From Candidatus Heimdallarchaeota archaeon (GTDB taxonomy: Archaea; Asgardarchaeota; Heimdallarchaeia; JABLTI01): DNA of 32,000 bases. Positions 9,793-17,215 of this stretch are shown here, piece after piece. The position numbers and the translations under genes are program-made. The DNA is taken from the NCBI GenBank assembly GCA_030614005.1, contig JAUWKS010000008.1:1-32000 (forward strand), written 5' to 3'. The notes under the pieces are model-generated. The model searched no databases, was not told the origin of the DNA, and worked only from the letters and a program-made list of their open reading frames with translations. Positions within the stretch are counted from its first letter, which is position 1. The number at the start of each line of letters is the position of its first letter.

Positions 9793-10182
9793 ATGGAGGT
9801 CTATCCGATAACTGCAAAAAAAGATTGGAAGCAAAAACAAGCTGATCTCAAAGAGCAGATAACAGATGCTATTGACGAACTTGCCAACCAAACTGAAAAA
9901 GCTCGTATCTCAGAGGAAATGCAAAAACACTTGCAATTAATGTCCAAGTTCCACAAATACTCCTACCATAATATTCTGTTAATTCTTTGTCAGCAACCGA
10001 ACGCTTCCCTTGTTGCCGGATGCACTCCTCAAAAAGTTGTCAGAATCAACAAATGGAAAAAGCTCAATTGATTATTCAGAAAAAGTAAGAAAGGTATTAC
10101 TATCTTAAAAACAAGGCCATACCTGAAGAAACGCCTAGAAAACCAAACAAGTGAAAAAGTCAAGCTATATCTAGTAAAATAG
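9793..10182 (+). pseudogene. ArdC-like ssDNA-binding (DUF1738-type) N-terminal domain pseudogene
   Basis: FHKYSYHNILLILCQQPNASLVAG...NKWKKLN*LFRKSKKGITIL follows the ArdC N-terminal consensus across an in-frame TGA (10069-10071); about 8 extra codons after VAG; the frame ends at TAG 10180-10182. Confidence 0.75.
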
Positions 10183-10322
10183 ATTAGATACCAGATTTAA
10201 TTTTGATAATTTAGCCAGTTTGTTTTTCTGCAGTTCTACTTTAATTTGCTCTAAAAATTTATTTGTGGTTTATCTTGCGAATTTCATAAAGGTATTTAAT
10301 ATAGCATTTTAAACAAGGAATT

Positions 10323-10370
10323 AGGTCTTATTTTTTTAAGACCTCAATCATTCGTCGATAAATCGTCCAT
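10323..10370 (-). repeat. Module B copy 3 (perfect AGGTCTTA-N6-TAAGACCT) plus a degenerate module A
   Basis: The reverse complement aligns to 3261-3307 at 39/48 columns (8 mismatches, 1 gap). Confidence 0.85.
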
Positions 10371-10542
10371 ATGTGGTAGTGAAAAAAAGATTAATTAAAT
10401 ATTTTATAGATAAAATATATTCATTTTTAAATAATCATTCGTTTAAAAGTATTTGATTAAATATCTTTACCCTAGAATTATGATCAGGAAATTTCTTTAT
10501 GTGTGCGTATTGATACGTAAGTGGCTATTCTTTAAAAATGAA

Positions 10543-10605
10543 AAATCTTCGTCGATTTATCGACGATAATTAGTGATGTATAAAAAGTTAATTAAGTTTT
10601 TTAAA
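10543..10605 (-). repeat. Right copy of the 63-bp inverted repeat
   Basis: The reverse complement matches 3223-3285 with 2 mismatches; palindrome at 10549-10566. Confidence 0.95.
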
Positions 10606-10763
10606 CATATAAAAAATATTTATATAAACTAACAATCTATTATTATAATAATAGACAGAATTAATAAACAGCATATATACATCTTCAGTTAAATTTTAAA
10701 TATAATAATATCTAGACATACAGCAAAGTAATGTAGACCTAAACAATCTGAGGATTTATTTAT

Positions 10764-11210
10764 TTGTCAAAAATAAGAAAACTGTTTGATAGTAGAAAAA
10801 AAGAGCAAGCTGTAGAGGATTCAGCAAGCAAGGCTCTAGCAAAAACACCTAAAGATGTTAATGAGATATTTTCTGAAGTTACATCTATGAGAGGGGTGTT
10901 AAGTTTAGATATTTTTGATTGGTCAGGGAATGTACTTTATTCTTATTATCGCTGGGGAAAGTCAGATAATATTTTAGAAGAACAAGATCTAATTGAACTT
11001 GTAAACTATATTACAAAACGACTCAAAAAAATAGGGCAAAAAAAATTACAACACTTAATTATCAAATCTGAAGATATGAATATCGTTGTAAACTCAACTG
11101 AAAAGATAATCACTGTCATCCATTGCGAAGGCAAAACTAAACTTCCTCTATTAACGATTCATACAAAGAGAGCAACTATCAAATTATCAAAATTAATTCT
11201 TGATAGATGA
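10764..11210 (+). CDS. Roadblock/LC7 (MglB-like) domain protein
   Basis: IFSEVTSMRGVLSLDIFDWSGNVLY, helix, LQHLIIKSEDMNIVV...ITVIH...LPLLTIHTKRATIKL is a classic roadblock pattern; TTG start with GAGG upstream. Confidence 0.8.
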   Translation: MSKIRKLFDSRKKEQAVEDSASKALAKTPKDVNEIFSEVTSMRGVLSLDIFDWSGNVLYSYYRWGKSDNILEEQDLIELVNYITKRLKKIGQKKLQHLIIKSEDMNIVVNSTEKIITVIHCEGKTKLPLLTIHTKRATIKLSKLILDR

Positions 11211-11943
11211 AATATCACATATTTTACTTCTTAACAAAAACAAAGAAGTTAAAAAGCTAATGTATCTAAATAGTGTTATGCCCAAGAGAAAGAGAAAAGC
11301 AACTAGAACGCTTACTCAACAAAACCTTCAGAAGGATCTTCCACTCGAAAAAGCTGATAAACCAATTGTTAAGGTTTCTATAGCAGGGGTCGGTGGCGTA
11401 GGCAAAACCACTTTATGCCAAAGAGCCATGGGAAGTATCTTAGATGACTATTTTTCAAATTATAAGATAACTATTGGAGTACAATTCTTTACTCATAGTG
11501 TTATTACTGATAATGGAGAAGTTGTTTTGAGTGTGTGGGATCTCGCAGGGCAAGATCAATTTCAGCAAATTGTCAATCGATTTCTAATTGGTAGCAGTGG
11601 AGTAATTTTAGCCTATGATAGTACTGATATTAACAGCTATTTCTCTTTACACCACAAATGGATACCCTTAATTGAGGAGTTTTGTGATCCAAATATACCA
11701 ATAATTTTAGTTTCAACTAAAAATGACTTAGAAGATGAGAAAGAAGTAGATCCTTCATTGGTTCGTAATTTTATATCTTCAAAAGAAGAGCACAATCAAA
11801 ATATCATAGGCTTTTTAGAAACCTCATCAAAGAGTAATGTGAATGTAAGAGAAACGTTTGATTTTTTGGTCAATACAATAGTGAAGGGAAAAATTGAAGA
11901 GCATCTTAAGAAGATTGGTAACAAAAAAAGAATGAAACGATAA
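11200..11943 (+). CDS. Rab-like small GTPase
   Basis: G1 GVGGVGKT, G2 TIGVQF, G3 WDLAGQ, G4 TKND, G5 SSK. The start is uncertain (11200, 11260 or 11278). Confidence 0.92.
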   Translation: MIDEISHILLLNKNKEVKKLMYLNSVMPKRKRKATRTLTQQNLQKDLPLEKADKPIVKVSIAGVGGVGKTTLCQRAMGSILDDYFSNYKITIGVQFFTHSVITDNGEVVLSVWDLAGQDQFQQIVNRFLIGSSGVILAYDSTDINSYFSLHHKWIPLIEEFCDPNIPIILVSTKNDLEDEKEVDPSLVRNFISSKEEHNQNIIGFLETSSKSNVNVRETFDFLVNTIVKGKIEEHLKKIGNKKRMKR

Positions 11944-11944
11944 A

Positions 11945-13642
11945 TTAATCAACGCAAGTTTCTTGGGCTTTTTTGATAATTGAAGAAAAGACCTTATAAA
12001 TTTCTAAGAATGGATTTGTATATTCAAAACCTAATTTGTAATCAGAAGGGTCAACAAATAATTCTAATACGATGTCTATTAGTTGTGAAGGATCTCTTTC
12101 TGTTATCAGAAAATTAAAATTAAAACCGATCTTAATTTTCTCATCTGCAGGTATCTTATCATTTTGATAATTAGAAATTACTTCTTTTATTACGTAAAGA
12201 TTATTGTAATGGAAAATTTTTGGATCGAGATACTTGTATTTTTTAGAAATTAGTTCAGTAATTTTTTCAGTAAATTTCTTCAAATTTTTCCGGCAAATTA
12301 GTGAGCTAATGTAATGCCGTTCTAGTACAGCAAAGGGAGTATTATCCTGTAAAACTTCTTTCATTTTTGTATAAACGCTTTTTTCTGTTGCATCTGATCT
12401 ATTTATTTCTTCAAATTTAGCTATCAAATAGCTCTCATTTAATTCAGTAATTACTTTACTTTCACTGAAAAAGGTTAAATTCTTATTTAGTATTCTTAAT
12501 GTGTTATTAAACAAAATATTTTCTGAAATAGTTCTAGCATAATTGAAGGAATAGAAATCATAATTATCAAAAAAAGAGATGGTGTAGGATAATGGTGTAA
12601 TATATTCAACAATATCTTCATCTTCTAGTTTGACAGTAGATATTTCTTTTAGCGTATCTATATGAAGATCTTCTCGAGTATAAATTGGTAGCTTCTTTGT
12701 ATTAAGGATGAATTCTTTAATTTCATTTGTCGTCTTTCGATAAGCCCAAGCAGTCATTGGTTCTACTGATTTCTTCTCAGTATCTTTATTGCTATCAATA
12801 AATTTTCGATAATAATTTGCTATATGATAATTCATTTGGGAAGCAATAGGTAAAATAATAGTAAGAAGGCCTTGTTCTAAGCCATCTATTGCTAAAACAG
12901 TTAGAAAATCCTCTGCCTCTTCGAGTGAATCTACAGTAGCAAATTCATTACAATAATTTAAAATTAATTTAATTTGTTCTTCAATTATTGCAAAAAAAGA
13001 ATCTTTATCTTCCGCTAAATATAAGTTTTGGAGCATGGTTGAACAGTAACTATTTTCAATTCCATTTATAACATAGTTTTTTGGTAAGTTTACCACAAGA
13101 GAACTCTCATATAATCCAATATTTTTGGGTTTAGTTCCAACAATTGATGCAGTACTTTTCTTAGTAGCCCAACAATCTACTCGAGTAATTCTGTGTTTAG
13201 TAAAAGCAGATATTGCTAAGCAGGTAGGTTCTACTTCGGTTTTTTCACCTAGAAAGACTATTTGCTGACCAATAATCACTCCATAAATTACTTTAGCCAA
13301 TTGTGAACCTAATTTTTTATGCAGATAAATAAAAGCGTTATATTGTCTTGTATCGTGAAATTGTGCTTTGTCTAATAAATTTGTTTGATGTAGTTCTGCA
13401 ACAGTTACTGGACAGCTTACCTTTTGTCGTAATGCTAAATTTTCATCAAAATAGAGCATAAAAGCTATTTGCTCATCCAAACATTGGTGGATAACAACTA
13501 CCCTGAAAATCCCACCAATAGCACTATTTTTTTCAGATTTTTTAATGGGGACCTCTATGGAATTACCACATCTCTCACAATGAATGTGATGAATGTAACT
13601 TATTCCATTTTCACTTTTAGCATGAATCCCATTAATTTTCAT
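11945..13642 (-). CDS. Putative DENN/folliculin-like domain protein with N-terminal Cys/His zinc-binding domain
   Basis: HCERC...IHQC N-terminus; central KVIYGVIIGQQIVFLG...VEPTCLAISAF...SIVG...SLVVNL resembles the folliculin/DENN core from memory; ATG 13642 has GAGGG upstream. The CDS is secure and the domain call is tentative. Confidence 0.55.
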   Translation of the reverse strand: MKINGIHAKSENGISYIHHIHCERCGNSIEVPIKKSEKNSAIGGIFRVVVIHQCLDEQIAFMLYFDENLALRQKVSCPVTVAELHQTNLLDKAQFHDTRQYNAFIYLHKKLGSQLAKVIYGVIIGQQIVFLGEKTEVEPTCLAISAFTKHRITRVDCWATKKSTASIVGTKPKNIGLYESSLVVNLPKNYVINGIENSYCSTMLQNLYLAEDKDSFFAIIEEQIKLILNYCNEFATVDSLEEAEDFLTVLAIDGLEQGLLTIILPIASQMNYHIANYYRKFIDSNKDTEKKSVEPMTAWAYRKTTNEIKEFILNTKKLPIYTREDLHIDTLKEISTVKLEDEDIVEYITPLSYTISFFDNYDFYSFNYARTISENILFNNTLRILNKNLTFFSESKVITELNESYLIAKFEEINRSDATEKSVYTKMKEVLQDNTPFAVLERHYISSLICRKNLKKFTEKITELISKKYKYLDPKIFHYNNLYVIKEVISNYQNDKIPADEKIKIGFNFNFLITERDPSQLIDIVLELFVDPSDYKLGFEYTNPFLEIYKVFSSIIKKAQETCVD

Positions 13643-13737
13643 TAGAAAATAACCCTCGAACATGTGCAATAATGTGTTTGAATACTAAAAAGTATAGAAA
13701 TAGCTATTTTATACCCTTTGTTAACATCATTTAGTAA

Positions 13738-14604
13738 TTATTCAGATAAATTTTCCGTTATTATTTTCCATATTTCTTTTATCTCTTCAGCAACGTTATT
13801 TTTAGGCATCTCTAAAATACTTTTATGGGCAATAATACTTTCAGGAACAATTGTGTTATAGGGTATTTTTCCTGTAAGAAGAATGTCCTTTTCATTACAG
13901 AATTTCTCTATACTTTGAGTTATTCTTTCATTCAAATCGCTTTTATTTATACATACAAGTGCTTTCACACCAAAATGAATTGTAACATCTAAAACTCGTT
14001 TTAAGTCATGAATACCACTTAACGTTGGTTCAACAACAATGAGTGCTAAATCTACACCAGTAATTGAAGCGATAACCGGGCAACCAATACCGGGAGATCC
14101 ATCAACGATAACGTATGGTAGATTTTTTTCTTCGGCGATTTTACGTGCTTCTTTTCTTACTGTATCAACTATTCGACCTGAAGAACCCTCGCCAATTTCC
14201 ATATTTGCATGAACAAAAGGACCGAAACGTGTATTTGATGTTAATATTCTCGCTGATAGGAATGCTTTAAGAGTTAATGCTTTTTCAGGGCAAACACGTA
14301 CACAAAGGCCACATCCTTCACACCGATACCTTTCATAGGTATCTGCAGTTATAGCATCAAATTGACAATGTTCTCCGCACAAATTGCATTTTTTGCATAA
14401 GTCTTCATTGCGAATAACTTTATTAGAAATATTCAAATCGGTTGAAGAAATAATATCAGGATGTAGTATTAGATGCAAATCCGGCGCATCCACATCTGCA
14501 TCAGCCATTACAGCATTACCTTGTGCTAGATAAGCTATTCCTGCTGCAACTATTGTTTTTCCGGTGCCTCCTTTCCCACTTATTATCGTGATTTGTTTAA
14601 CCAT
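13738..14604 (-). CDS. MinD-superfamily P-loop ATPase with inserted 2x[4Fe-4S] ferredoxin domain
   Basis: SGKGGTGKT, DADVDAPD, CKKCNLCGEHC, CEGCGLCVRVCP, DGSPGIGCP, VEPT. Confidence 0.9.
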   Translation of the reverse strand: MVKQITIISGKGGTGKTIVAAGIAYLAQGNAVMADADVDAPDLHLILHPDIISSTDLNISNKVIRNEDLCKKCNLCGEHCQFDAITADTYERYRCEGCGLCVRVCPEKALTLKAFLSARILTSNTRFGPFVHANMEIGEGSSGRIVDTVRKEARKIAEEKNLPYVIVDGSPGIGCPVIASITGVDLALIVVEPTLSGIHDLKRVLDVTIHFGVKALVCINKSDLNERITQSIEKFCNEKDILLTGKIPYNTIVPESIIAHKSILEMPKNNVAEEIKEIWKIITENLSE

Positions 14605-15445
14605 GAGATTTGACTCTCCGCTCTATTTCAGCAAATAGTTTTTGGAATTGTTTTTTCCATTCAGGTTTTAACTCCACTAAAGATATTCCTTCTGAATATG
14701 CTTTTGCAATTTCTTTATCAAAAAGAATTTTCATCAAAATTGGGATACCTTCCTTTTTACAGAACTCTTCTACAGAAAGATCTCCACCCAATCCATCACG
14801 GTTAATAATTACTCCAAATGGTATTCCTAAGCTTCTAACTACCTCTACTGCAATTGTTAGATCATATAAACCAAATGGCGTTGGTTCAGTAACCAATATG
14901 CAATAATCTGTATCACTTATCGTTTCGATAACTGGACAAGAATTTCCAGGTGGAGCATCTAATATCGCAATCGAGTTTTCTTTTATTTTTGATTTTACGG
15001 CTTGAATAACAGGTATTCCTCTAGGTATCCCGATATTTAACAATCCATTAACAAATTCAATAGAATTATGCGCTTTTCCTATAGAAATTTCCCCTACAGT
15101 AAATCTTTGTTCTGAGATTGCATCCTCAGGACAAACAAATTCACATGCCTTACAACTCATACACAATTCTTTGAAAAAGATGATAGTATTTTGTAGAGCT
15201 ACTAACGAATTAAATTCACAAGCTTCAGCACAGAGCCCACACTTTGTACATTTTTCATCATCTATTAAGGGGTTATAAACAGTAATATCTTCTGTTGTTT
15301 CTATTTTTGGTTTAAGGAAAATATGCGCGTTAGGTTCTTCCACATCACAATCGAGAAATTGACATTCTTGAAGTGAGAGCGCGAGATTGATTGCTACTGT
15401 GGTCTTTCCAGTACCACCTTTGCCACTTGCTATACTAATTTTCAT
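14597..15445 (-). CDS. MinD-superfamily P-loop ATPase with inserted ferredoxin domain, paralog
   Basis: ASGKGGTGKTT, DCDVEEPN, CTKCGLCAEAC, CMSCKACEFVCP, DAPPGNSCP, TEPTPFG; overlaps the next gene by 8 bp. Confidence 0.9.
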   Translation of the reverse strand: MKISIASGKGGTGKTTVAINLALSLQECQFLDCDVEEPNAHIFLKPKIETTEDITVYNPLIDDEKCTKCGLCAEACEFNSLVALQNTIIFFKELCMSCKACEFVCPEDAISEQRFTVGEISIGKAHNSIEFVNGLLNIGIPRGIPVIQAVKSKIKENSIAILDAPPGNSCPVIETISDTDYCILVTEPTPFGLYDLTIAVEVVRSLGIPFGVIINRDGLGGDLSVEEFCKKEGIPILMKILFDKEIAKAYSEGISLVELKPEWKKQFQKLFAEIERRVKSHG

Positions 15446-15506
15446 ATTTTTTGCCTGCTACTTTTGAATTTTTAACTAAAGAAAATAAAGAAAAAAAAGT
15501 TATAAT

Positions 15507-15872
15507 CTAGTGTTTACGTTTGCTTTCAGCACAACCATCTGTTTCAGAGGCTTGTGTGAGTTCCCCTTTATTATAGGATTCTAAAGCATCCTTTACAATA
15601 GTACTTTGGGTAACGAACACTCCTATTCCAAGTTCATCAAATAAATTGATAGCTTTTCTTCCAAGCCCTCTACAAATTAGAACATTGATTTTGCTATTTT
15701 GTAAAGTAACAGGTGCAGAGTGTTTTCCTCCAAAATGTTCGCCAATATTTTCAAGAACAGAAGCACTATTGGTTTCTGTATCAACAACCGTATAAAGTGG
15801 TGCACGACCAAAATGGTCTGCAATAGTTGCTTCTAATTCTTTATTATTCATTACTGGAAATGCTATTTTCAT
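15507..15872 (-). CDS. NifB/NifX (dinitrogenase FeMo-cofactor biosynthesis-like, orange protein-type) family protein
   Basis: MKIAFP...HFGRAPLYTVVD...NVLICRGLGRKA...GIGV; 121 aa. Confidence 0.88.
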   Translation of the reverse strand: MKIAFPVMNNKELEATIADHFGRAPLYTVVDTETNSASVLENIGEHFGGKHSAPVTLQNSKINVLICRGLGRKAINLFDELGIGVFVTQSTIVKDALESYNKGELTQASETDGCAESKRKH

Positions 15873-15895
15873 GATTAATCAAAACCGTTTTTTTG

Positions 15896-16288
15896 TTAAT
15901 TTCGTCCTCGTCCTATTCCTCGACCGCCACCCATTCCGGGTCGTCCACTATTAGATGGTCCATCTGCTTGAGGTAACTCTTTATTTTTTAGCTTAGCTAA
16001 TGCATCACTTATTGTACCTCTAAATATGAAGAGTTCGATATTTGCTGCTTTAAGAGTCATAAATGCATTTGGTCCAAATTGATTAGAAATAACTGCATCT
16101 GCCTTATGATTAACGATGGCTTGGGCAGCCATAGTTCCTGCTCCGTGTCCCTCGTATTGAGCTTTATTTTCGAATGCTTCAAATGACATATCGTTTAATT
16201 CAACGATAATAAAATGATTACATCGTCCAAATCTTGAATCTATAGATCCTTCTAGATTATTACTTGTTGCGGGTATTGCTACTCTCAT
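15896..16288 (-). CDS. NifB/NifX family protein with Gly/Arg-rich tail
   Basis: MRVAIP...SRFGRCNHFIIV...GHGAG...DAVISNQFGPNAF; C-terminal GRPGMGGGRGIGRGRN. Confidence 0.9.
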   Translation of the reverse strand: MRVAIPATSNNLEGSIDSRFGRCNHFIIVELNDMSFEAFENKAQYEGHGAGTMAAQAIVNHKADAVISNQFGPNAFMTLKAANIELFIFRGTISDALAKLKNKELPQADGPSNSGRPGMGGGRGIGRGRN

Positions 16289-16369
16289 TCATATCACCTT
16301 ATAATAAATAGTAAATTACAATATTAATTAGTATGTTAGATAGAAATTGTGCTTTTATTAATTTTAATA

Positions 16370-16726
16370 TTATCTTAAGCGTTTAAGTTTTTGTTTCAAA
16401 TCTTTTAAATCATTTTCCAAATCATCTATTCGGTCAACTAGTCTATTTTTTTCTTGTTCAGGATTTTCTTCAGCAAAAGTTTGGTATGTTTGTTGCCAAT
16501 ATTTTGCGCTCGGAGTTCCTTCAGAAAAATCTTCAAGAAAATTACTCATTTGACCAGTTTTTTGCAAATATGCTGCACAAGGTCCCATGCCTCTTCCAGG
16601 ACCCATTCCTCGTCCTCCACGTGCAAAGCCGGGGGAATTTCCATATCTAATCCATCCAGGCGTACCAGTTAATTCATACATTCTTCGGTTCCGTCCTGTC
16701 TGATTGTTTCCTCTACGATAACCCAT
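16370..16726 (-). CDS. DUF5320-like Gly/Arg-rich coiled-coil protein
   Basis: GFARGGRGMGPGRGMGPC followed by C-terminal coiled coil EQEKNRL...LENDLKDLKQKL; typical neighbour of NifX/DUF134 genes. The track start is 16735. Confidence 0.7.
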   Translation of the reverse strand: MGYRRGNNQTGRNRRMYELTGTPGWIRYGNSPGFARGGRGMGPGRGMGPCAAYLQKTGQMSNFLEDFSEGTPSAKYWQQTYQTFAEENPEQEKNRLVDRIDDLENDLKDLKQKLKRLR

Positions 16727-16786
16727 GATGTTCACATAGCATTATTTTTGTATAATAATACATAAATACCTTTAACTATTTAAGAG

Positions 16787-16808
16787 TTTTTGTGCATATG
16801 AACAAAAA
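16787..16808. promoter_or_regulatory. 22-bp palindrome TTTTTGTGCATATGAACAAAAA, candidate operator
   Basis: Inverted symmetry with one mismatched pair, lying in the divergent intergenic region between DUF5320-like and DUF134 genes. Confidence 0.55.
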
Positions 16809-16870
16809 GAATTAAAAATTCTAAAGAGTTAATTAAATAAGTATAAGGACGAAATAGTAGTTGTGATTAA

Positions 16871-17215
16871 ATGAGAAACTATCGCTGTCGAAGAGGTCAA
16901 AGAAGGGGTCCAAATGCCTCTGAAGATTTTATGCAACCAATGCGAGGGAGACCTCTAAAAGAAATATTAATTGAAGACTACCCAAAAGTAGAGAAAGTAG
17001 TACCAAGTCCCCTAATATCTGATGAGACAATTCTTTTGTCCATCGCAGAATATGAAGCTCTACGTTTAGTGGATCTTGATGGTTTAAATCAAGATCAAAC
17101 AGGTGTTTTAATGAACATTTCTAGAGGAACAATCTGGCGTTTATTAGATTCAGGCAGAAGAAAATTAATTCAAGTAATTGCTGAAGGTAAGAGTCTAGAA
17201 ATTGAGAAACAATAA
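16871..17215 (+). CDS. DUF134 (UPF0251) putative HTH DNA-binding protein
   Basis: MRGRP...EYEALRLVDLDGLNQDQTGVLMNISRGTIWRLLDSGRRKL is the DUF134 pattern. Confidence 0.9.
   Translation: MRNYRCRRGQRRGPNASEDFMQPMRGRPLKEILIEDYPKVEKVVPSPLISDETILLSIAEYEALRLVDLDGLNQDQTGVLMNISRGTIWRLLDSGRRKLIQVIAEGKSLEIEKQ

Noticed and set aside
6637-9891. Short track ORFs 6637-6825, 7565-7816, 8155-8403, 8518-8706, 8713-8913, 8915-9160 and 9706-9891
   Set aside because: Shadow ORFs of the RING, protease, membrane-protein and ArdC-like genes; no independent evidence.
10180-10295. Possible minus-strand gene relic (MKFAR*TTNKFLEQIKVELQKNKLAKLSKLN)
   Set aside because: Short, stop-interrupted, with no recognisable homology.
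3262-10566. CRISPR interpretation of the repeated palindromes
   Set aside because: Copies are kilobases apart or inverted, with no regular spacers and no cas genes.
3190-10640. Target-site duplication or TGT...ACA termini for the inverted-repeat-bounded segment
   Set aside because: TGT occurs at 3194 and ACA at 10632-10634, but they are out of register with the repeat alignment and the flanks (CTAAA versus ATCTA) do not match; therefore no mobile_element feature was called.
15507-16288. Nitrogen fixation inferred from NifB/NifX-family genes
   Set aside because: These small domains are common in non-diazotrophs and no nifHDK is present.
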